A stretch of 64,000 nucleotides of DNA from an uncultured Pelagibacteraceae bacterium (lineage in GTDB: Bacteria; Pseudomonadota; Alphaproteobacteria; Pelagibacterales; Pelagibacteraceae): contig CACDTN010000002.1 in assembly GCA_902555725.1 (NCBI GenBank), positions 67,857-131,856 of the forward strand, read 5' to 3'. Shown in pieces: positions 58,268 through 64,000 of the stretch (positions within the stretch are counted from its first letter, which is position 1; every line of letters begins with the position of its first letter). The position numbers were made by a program, and so were the translations under genes. Below the pieces are notes generated by a model. It was not told where the DNA came from, did no database searches, and saw only the letters and a program-made list of their open reading frames with translations.

Positions 58268-59853
58268 ATTATACTTTCAGTCTGGTTATTAGAAATGCCA
58301 GATATAAAAATATTTTGGTTTTCTGTATATGAATTTTTATTACCGAAATATAAACCATTATCAATATTTATATCATAATTATCACACGTAAATTTCCAGC
58401 CTTCATCATCTAATTGAATTAAGATTGTTTTATTATCTTGAGTTTTCATTAATTTGACATTTGGTTCGACATGAAAACGAATATCAAATTTATAATTAGC
58501 ATTTATTTTTTTGATTATCTTGTCAGTTCCTACAAAGGTCAACTTTTCAGGAAAAAATTCTATTTCTCTTTCATGAATAGCTTTATATTTTTTTTGATAA
58601 CCATCATGAGATGAGTTTATTTTCCAATAATTTTTTTCAAAAATAGTATTTTTTTTTAAAATTTTTAATCCCTTGTTTATTATCCAAGACTTATCAATTT
58701 TACTAAATTTACATGATGAATTATCATCGATAATTAAAGTACTCTGAGCTGCAGATGACTTGGATATTTCATTTAATTTAATATTACTTTCCTGATGATA
58801 TCCACAATTGCTGATTAATTTTTTTCCATTACTTATTACCTCAAAAGACAAGGCACCAGACTGATAATCTTTTGAAAAAGATGAATTTGGTGAAGACCCT
58901 ACATCCATTGTTAAACAAATTTTCTTATTTTTTAAAATTATATATCCACCTACATCTTGATTTTCATTCTTAAACTTATATCCCAATCTCTTTAGATAAT
59001 TGTCAAAGTTATTATTATCAGAGATATTATTTCCGTTATATAAAATGTCAGATTTTATATTTTGCCAAACAAAAGCATAACCTTGACCAAGATAATAAAT
59101 TGTCTCATCAATATGTTCCGGAACACTTATTTGAGATTCTTTAAACCATTCTCTTATCAAAATAAAATATTTTAAATAAAATATTAATTGTTTAATACTT
59201 CGAGATTTTGGAAAACCATAATTATCTAAAGTTATTTTAGAAATTTTTTTTAGTAAATTAGATCCAAAAGATAAATATTTTTTTTCATCTTGATAGCAAA
59301 GTCCTACTAATATAATTGATGCACAACCAATTAATTTATCATCAACTAATTCTGATTTGTTAATTTCATTGATTAAATGATTTGTTTGTTTTTGTATTAT
59401 TATATTAAAATGATTTTTATATTCCTCGTCACAATTCTCATAAGTAAGATTGTGATTAGATAACCAGGCAATAATCCGTTTTGCAGTTAAATCAAAACTC
59501 CAGCTTTTATCGTTGTATTTGTTATTATGATTAATCCAATTTTTAATTACTAATTGTGTATTTTTTTTTGAGGATTTTAAATCTAAACTAAAAAACCAGT
59601 AAAAATTATTTAAATTGTTATAGTCTTTTGTACTCAAATTTTTATTGATCCAAATATCATCTAATGAAAAATCTTCAATTTTAAATTTTTTCTTTTGGTA
59701 TTTAATTAAAGAGGAAAGAAGGTGAGGACTTGGTCTATAAATAAATTCATTATTATTTACTTTTGAAATTTTTTTGTCATAAAAATTAGATCTTAAATAA
59801 AATTTTCTGATTTGATCAAAAATTTTAAAAAAAAATCGACTTATGTAAATCAT
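58246..59853 (-). CDS. Heparinase II/III-like family protein (function unknown in this context)
   Basis: 535 aa. Size, position next to purH and the C-terminal beta-rich region fit the conserved alphaproteobacterial heparinase II/III family gene. The call rests on family resemblance and synteny, not on a catalytic motif. Confidence 0.5.
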   Translation of the reverse strand: MIYISRFFFKIFDQIRKFYLRSNFYDKKISKVNNNEFIYRPSPHLLSSLIKYQKKKFKIEDFSLDDIWINKNLSTKDYNNLNNFYWFFSLDLKSSKKNTQLVIKNWINHNNKYNDKSWSFDLTAKRIIAWLSNHNLTYENCDEEYKNHFNIIIQKQTNHLINEINKSELVDDKLIGCASIILVGLCYQDEKKYLSFGSNLLKKISKITLDNYGFPKSRSIKQLIFYLKYFILIREWFKESQISVPEHIDETIYYLGQGYAFVWQNIKSDILYNGNNISDNNNFDNYLKRLGYKFKNENQDVGGYIILKNKKICLTMDVGSSPNSSFSKDYQSGALSFEVISNGKKLISNCGYHQESNIKLNEISKSSAAQSTLIIDDNSSCKFSKIDKSWIINKGLKILKKNTIFEKNYWKINSSHDGYQKKYKAIHEREIEFFPEKLTFVGTDKIIKKINANYKFDIRFHVEPNVKLMKTQDNKTILIQLDDEGWKFTCDNYDINIDNGLYFGNKNSYTENQNIFISGISNNQTESIMWEIKKI

Positions 59854-59857
59854 GAAA

Positions 59858-60517
59858 TTATTTTGATCTTAATAATTCAATATTTTTTTTAATATCCCCA
59901 TTATTGCTTTTAAAAATAGTAGTTCCTGAGACCAAAATATTTGCCCCAGCTTCTATCGCTGTTTTTGAATTATCGAAATTAATGCCACCATCTATTTCAA
60001 TATCAAAATTCAACCTTTGTTTTTTTTTTATATCGCTAAGTTTTTTTACCTTTTCTAATACTTCAGGCATAAATTTTTGACCACCAAATCCTGGATTAAC
60101 ACTCATAATTAAAACTAAGTCAATTTTTTTTAAGTGTTCAATAATCATATCAATTTTAGTTTCAGGATTGAGAGATACACCAACTTTTTTGTTTAATTCT
60201 TTAATTTTTAAAATTGATGAATTTAAATCATCTGTAGCTTCAGGATGGATTGTAATTATATCTGCCCCAGCATCTGCATAGGCATCAATGTATTTATGAA
60301 CAGGAGAAATCATTAAGTGAACATCAAAAATCATAGAAGATTGTTTTTTCAATGCTTTTATTACAGGGGGTCCTATTGTTAAATTTGGAACAAAATGGCC
60401 ATCCATTACGTCCACATGGATCATATCTGCCCCTGCATCTTCTAATCTTTTAATTTCAATACCCAATTGACCAAAGTCAGCTGACAAAATTGAGGGTGAA
60501 ATTTGTATTTTTTTCAT
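59858..60517 (-). CDS. rpe: Ribulose-phosphate 3-epimerase
   Basis: 219 aa with the motifs ISPSILSADF, HVDVMDGHFVPN, VNPGFGGQKF and DGGI. Confidence 0.96.
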   Translation of the reverse strand: MKKIQISPSILSADFGQLGIEIKRLEDAGADMIHVDVMDGHFVPNLTIGPPVIKALKKQSSMIFDVHLMISPVHKYIDAYADAGADIITIHPEATDDLNSSILKIKELNKKVGVSLNPETKIDMIIEHLKKIDLVLIMSVNPGFGGQKFMPEVLEKVKKLSDIKKKQRLNFDIEIDGGINFDNSKTAIEAGANILVSGTTIFKSNNGDIKKNIELLRSK

Positions 60518-60545
60518 TGATAACTAGATTAACTAGTATCAATTT

Positions 60546-60902
60546 TTAAAATTTAATTGAATTAAAAAATTGGTAAATTTGTCTCGAAATTTCACTTTCT
60601 AAAGGAAAAGATAACATCCCCATCACAGAATACCCTAAAACCCATGGCATTAAGTAAAATCTAATCATAAAGAAAAACCAAGCCACATATAGAGGAACTA
60701 AAGGCCCTATAATAAATGAAGGCGTTATAGGCTTAAATATTTTTAGTAATGGATTGGTAAACTTGACAAATACTCTCATAAAAAAAAACTGAGAATCTTC
60801 TCTTTGGAAGATATTCATTGCAACCCGTCCAATTAATGTCCACATGATTACTCCAAAAATATAATCAATTATGTAAACTAAAGGGTGAAAGTTGGCTGAC
60901 AT
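60546..60902 (-). CDS. Small integral membrane protein, YggT-like
   Basis: 118 aa with 3-4 hydrophobic helices. The segment KFTNPLLKIFKPITP resembles the YGGT-family T-x-P-x-L-x-P motif. The assignment is weak. Confidence 0.4.
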   Translation of the reverse strand: MSANFHPLVYIIDYIFGVIMWTLIGRVAMNIFQREDSQFFFMRVFVKFTNPLLKIFKPITPSFIIGPLVPLYVAWFFFMIRFYLMPWVLGYSVMGMLSFPLESEISRQIYQFFNSIKF

Positions 60903-60933
60903 TTAAAATTTATATTGAAAAAAGTGAGAAATT

Positions 60934-60960
60934 AAAAGGGGCGAAATTAATCGCCCCTTT
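60934..60960 (-). terminator. Intrinsic terminator downstream of the symporter gene
   Basis: The sequence AAAAGGGGCGAAATTAATCGCCCCTTT contains the stem GGGGCGA (60938..60944) pairing with TCGCCCC (60951..60957). On the minus strand a T-run follows the hairpin. Confidence 0.8.
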
Positions 60961-60971
60961 AAAAGATTTAA

Positions 60972-62786
60972 TTAGTGTTGTTTGCCAAGGATCGTTTTAC
61001 CTGACGGTACACGAACCTCATCAACCATTTTTTGCGTAGCAGCACTTGGTTCTGAAGTAATTAAACTTACAACAACCATAGATACTAAACTGACAGCTGA
61101 ACCAAAGATACCAAATGTTAACTGAGTAATACCTAAGAATCCACTTCCACCAGTTCGTACCCAAACTAAGTACGCTGTACCTGAAATTAGACCTAAAGCC
61201 ATACCAGCTATAGCACCTTCTTTGTTAGCTCTCTTCCACCATACACCAAGTACAAGTGGGAAGAACAATCCAGACATCGCAAAGTCAAAAGCCCAGATTA
61301 CTGAACCTAAGATACCTTGGATCTCCATTGCCGCAATAGTTGCTCCAGCAAAACCAATTACTACAAGTAGTACCCTTGCAACAACTAGTCGTTTTGCAGT
61401 TTCTGCTTTTGGATCAATGATCTTGTAGTACAAGTCATGAGATAAAGCATTTGCAATCGCTAGAATCAAACCATCCGCTGTTGACATGGCAGCAGCCATA
61501 CCTCCAGCAGCAACTAGACCTGAGATTACATATGGTAATCCAGCTATCTCTGGAGTTGCTAACACAACGGCTTTACCACCCATGAAAAACTCGTTTAATT
61601 CAAGAGTTCCATTTCCGTTAAAGTCGCTTACAAACATCAAGTTTGCTTGGTTCCAGTTTTGATACCAATCTATCGCTTGAACTTCTGCAATTGATTTACC
61701 GATAATACCTGTTGATAGTGTCGGGTCAATCAATGACAATTTAGATAAAGTCGCTAACATTGGCGCAGAAGAATAAAGTAGGAAGATAAAGAATAAAGAC
61801 CAACCTACTGATTTTCTAGCTGCTTTTACACTTGGAGTAGTGAAATATCTCATCATCACGTGAGGTAATGATGCTGTTCCCATCATCATTGCAAGTGCTA
61901 ATGAAATAAATGCCCAAGGCGTAGCGTTTACCGCTGAGTGAGCCTTAGTTATTCCAGCTAATCCTTTTGGTACATTTGCAAGATCAGCAGCAGAGTTTTT
62001 CACAAAACCAAACTGTTGTTCTAATTCACCAATTCTAGCTACTTCATCAGCTAACATAAAGTGAGGGAAGAAACCCGCACCCATTTTGTTACTGATCCAG
62101 AATACTGGAAGTAAGTAAGCTATAATTAGTACAATGTATTGTGCAACCTGTGTCCAAGTTACCCCTCTCATACCACCTAACATTGAACAAAGTAAAATAC
62201 TTACTAGTCCAACATATACTGCGTATTGGAATGGGATATCTAAAGCAACAGAAGCAATAGTACCTGTAGCGTTAATTTGTGCAGTCACATAGGTAAATGA
62301 AGCAACAGTTAAAACTATTACAGCCATTAACCTCGAAACATTACCACCGTATCTTGTACCAATAAAATCTGGAACTGTGTAACAGCCAAATTTTCTTAGG
62401 TATGGTGCTAGTAATGATGCAACCAATACATAACCACCGGTCCAACCAACAAGTAGTGCCATATAGCCGTAGCCTTTGAAGTAAATACCACCTGCCATTG
62501 CAACGAATGATGCACCAGACATCCAGTCTGCTGCAGTAGCCATTCCATTGAATACGGTAGGTACTTGTCTTCCAGCAACGTAATACGCATCTGCTGCCAT
62601 TGTCCGTGACATGTAACCGATTATTGCATAGATGGCCACCGTGAAGGCAACGAAACAAATTCCGATTGCTTTCGACGTCATACCCATCTGCTCACCGATC
62701 GCCATTATGATTATGAAAGCTATAAAACCTCCTGTATAGATTCCATAAACCTTAGGCAAATTATCTATAAAATTACCTTTTATCAT
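60972..62786 (-). CDS. Sodium:solute symporter family (SSS) transporter, large subunit of a DUF4212-associated pair (ActP-related; substrate unproven)
   Basis: 604-aa polytopic protein with typical SSS blocks (YYVAGR, GGMRGVTWTQV). It is translationally coupled (TAATG) to an upstream DUF4212 small subunit. G+C is much higher than in the surroundings. Confidence 0.85.
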   Translation of the reverse strand: MIKGNFIDNLPKVYGIYTGGFIAFIIIMAIGEQMGMTSKAIGICFVAFTVAIYAIIGYMSRTMAADAYYVAGRQVPTVFNGMATAADWMSGASFVAMAGGIYFKGYGYMALLVGWTGGYVLVASLLAPYLRKFGCYTVPDFIGTRYGGNVSRLMAVIVLTVASFTYVTAQINATGTIASVALDIPFQYAVYVGLVSILLCSMLGGMRGVTWTQVAQYIVLIIAYLLPVFWISNKMGAGFFPHFMLADEVARIGELEQQFGFVKNSAADLANVPKGLAGITKAHSAVNATPWAFISLALAMMMGTASLPHVMMRYFTTPSVKAARKSVGWSLFFIFLLYSSAPMLATLSKLSLIDPTLSTGIIGKSIAEVQAIDWYQNWNQANLMFVSDFNGNGTLELNEFFMGGKAVVLATPEIAGLPYVISGLVAAGGMAAAMSTADGLILAIANALSHDLYYKIIDPKAETAKRLVVARVLLVVIGFAGATIAAMEIQGILGSVIWAFDFAMSGLFFPLVLGVWWKRANKEGAIAGMALGLISGTAYLVWVRTGGSGFLGITQLTFGIFGSAVSLVSMVVVSLITSEPSAATQKMVDEVRVPSGKTILGKQH

Positions 62787-63046
62787 TAGTCGTCCTCTCT
62801 TTCTGAAAAGCCGAATTCTTCATCGATTTTTTCTTGTCTATTCGCAAACCAGAAAATTAGGATTACGAAAATTCCAAGAGATCCCTGACAAGTAAACCAA
62901 TATGTCAAAGGATAACCGAAGGGTCCTGTTACAGACTCCATTTCAGCTCCAAATAAGAAGATGCCAATTGAGAATACAAACCAAATTGCTAACGTCATCA
63001 TTAACAATCCTCTGGTTTTTTCCCAGTGTTGTGCTTGTTTTGACAT
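62786..63046 (-). CDS. DUF4212 small membrane protein (putative solute:sodium symporter small subunit)
   Basis: 86 aa with two TM helices. GYPLTYWFTCQGSLGIFVILIFWFANRQEKID matches the DUF4212/TIGR03647 pattern. A strong SD (GAGAGAGG) precedes it. Confidence 0.75.
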   Translation of the reverse strand: MSKQAQHWEKTRGLLMMTLAIWFVFSIGIFLFGAEMESVTGPFGYPLTYWFTCQGSLGIFVILIFWFANRQEKIDEEFGFSEREDD

Positions 63047-63172
63047 TTATACCTCTCTCTTTTTTAGTTATAACTGGCCAAAACCATAACCATTATGAAA
63101 GAGATTTAAAGTGTTAAAATTGCTCAAATTAGGCAGATTTTGAGGTATAACTATATAAAATACAAGTTTTTT

Positions 63173-63796
63173 ATGGCAAAATATAAACTTACTTGGAGAG
63201 ATCTTACTTGGAATGATTTTAAAATTTACCTTTTTGGTCTTTTTAGGGCTTTTATACCAAAGAACAAAATAAAAGATCTAGATGAACTAGAGAATTTTAT
63301 TCAATCTAAATCTGCATGGGTAAGCCAAGTAACTCTTTATGGATATTTAAAAACTAGAATGGGAACTAGATATGTTCTTCATTTTGAAAATGATAAGTTT
63401 ATGGGGTCTGTAAATCTAGCTAAGTGGAATATCTATGCGGTTGCTTTGCAAGATTTAACATTTTTTACCTTTTCATATTTAAAAGCAAATTTAAATTACC
63501 AAGATTTTGGCAAGGCAAAAGAAATTTTTTTAAAAATTTTAGATGATGAGACTTCAAATAAGATGCCATCAGATATTATAGACAATGCAAAAAAGAATTT
63601 TGATGAAAGACTTCAAAAAATAAATTGGGACACATACTGTAATGACCTTCCTTTTAATTCAAGTGCTTTATCATTGTATGAATGGGCACCTATAGCTGAG
63701 GAGCTTAAAACTTTGGATCGAAAAATAGTTTTAAATTCAGTTATATTAAAGTGGGATGTAGTTAAAAAAGAATTTAAAGAAAGATTAGGTTTTTAA
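63173..63796 (+). CDS. Hypothetical protein (207 aa), no recognisable domain
   Basis: It is a long ORF with coding-like composition. The start is set at MAKYKLTW (ATG 63173) rather than the TTG-type extension at 63140. I recognised no motif. Confidence 0.5.
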   Translation: MAKYKLTWRDLTWNDFKIYLFGLFRAFIPKNKIKDLDELENFIQSKSAWVSQVTLYGYLKTRMGTRYVLHFENDKFMGSVNLAKWNIYAVALQDLTFFTFSYLKANLNYQDFGKAKEIFLKILDDETSNKMPSDIIDNAKKNFDERLQKINWDTYCNDLPFNSSALSLYEWAPIAEELKTLDRKIVLNSVILKWDVVKKEFKERLGF

Positions 63797-64000
63797 GTAT
63801 TTTTTCTATTGTCAACTAAACTGGTAACCACACTAGGATCAGCCAAAGTAGTTGTATCTCCTAATTGATCCTGTTCGTTAGCAGCAATTTTTCTTAAAAT
63901 TCTTCTCATTATTTTTCCTGATCTTGTTTTAGGAAGTCCAGGAGTAAAATGAATGAGATCTGGAGTAGCTAATGGACCAATTTGTTTTCTAACCCATAAC
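63793..64000 (-). CDS. acs: Acetyl-coenzyme A synthetase, C-terminal 69 codons only (gene runs off the right edge)
   Basis: The reverse translation ends ...[83 protein letters not shown] is the conserved Acs C-terminal (A10) motif. Confidence 0.85.
   Translation of the reverse strand, partial: LWVRKQIGPLATPDLIHFTPGLPKTRSGKIMRRILRKIAANEQDQLGDTTTLADPSVVTSLVDNRKNT

Noticed and set aside
61222-62658. Extra ORFs lie inside the symporter gene (61222..61428 plus strand; 62341..62658 and 62408..62590 on the minus strand in other frames).
   Set aside because: They exist only because this gene is GC-richer, so stop codons are rarer in alternative frames. Their Cys/Trp/Arg-rich sequences look non-protein-like, and they are fully nested in a strongly supported SSS transporter.
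60972-63046. I considered recent horizontal transfer of the GC-rich symporter pair, and likewise of the porin at 20533..21489.
   Set aside because: No mobility genes, flanking repeats or tRNA lie next to them. Both encode Gly/Ala/Val-rich membrane proteins with strong SDs and terminators. Amino-acid composition plus expression-linked codon bias is a simpler explanation than foreign origin.
63052-63105. A possible RBS-sequestering hairpin or riboswitch lies in the DUF4212/symporter leader (TCTCTTT pairing with AAAGAGA across a loop of about 35 nt).
   Set aside because: It is only a 7-bp AU-rich stem with a long unstructured loop. I recognised no known riboswitch core motifs, and I cannot test conservation from this window. 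It is too weak to report as a feature.
1-64000. About 35 further short ORFs (60-130 aa) in the six-frame track lie opposite or out of frame to annotated genes. Examples are 3879..4187, 7812..8042, 8701..8943, 11510..11761, 12474..12767, 13098..13472, 15046..15366, 21704..21967, 30517..30858, 30892..31272, 43911..44237, 44931..45266, 56991..57386 and 62902..63117.
   Set aside because: All are embedded in genes with clear family signatures, have no motifs of their own, and show the biased composition typical of antisense translation. I do not report them as genes.

Overview
This is a very AT-rich, extremely compact 64-kb piece of a streamlined alphaproteobacterial chromosome. Most intergenic gaps are 0-60 bp, and there are many ATGA/TAATG start-stop overlaps. 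Gene content, synteny and composition look like Pelagibacterales (SAR11), but that taxon call is inference. I annotate 74 protein-coding genes, two of them cut by the window edges (miaB on the left, acs on the right). I also annotate one tRNA-Gly(GCC), two intrinsic terminators, three RpoH-type promoter candidates, one parS site and one candidate replication origin. I saw no rRNA, CRISPR, transposase, integrase, phage or recognisable defence genes. The content is almost entirely core housekeeping: grpE-dnaK-dnaJ, leuS-lptE-holA, parB-parA-rsmG-mnmG-mnmE-rho, hemJ-hemH-hemE, PDRP-maf-aroE-coaE-dnaQ, secB/fxsA/Tim44-like, hslVU, hisBHAFE, ftsK-lolA, purH and rpe. The main structural conclusion is that the window probably spans the chromosomal origin region. 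That region is the 283-bp AT-rich hemE/PDRP spacer, with a gene-orientation switch and a parS site 9 kb away. The parts that look accessory or poorly understood are listed here. (1) A SPINDLY/OGT-like GT41 glycosyltransferase is inserted between rho and mnmE. (2) Two paralogous 280-aa sulfotransferases are present, one in a tRNA-Gly-led operon with a GT4 glycosyltransferase. (3) An OmpR-type regulator has a short receiver-like domain without an obvious phospho-acceptor Asp. (4) A DUF4212 plus sodium:solute symporter pair sits next to acs. I did not find a clearly novel multi-gene system; the findings are modest and are labelled by basis.
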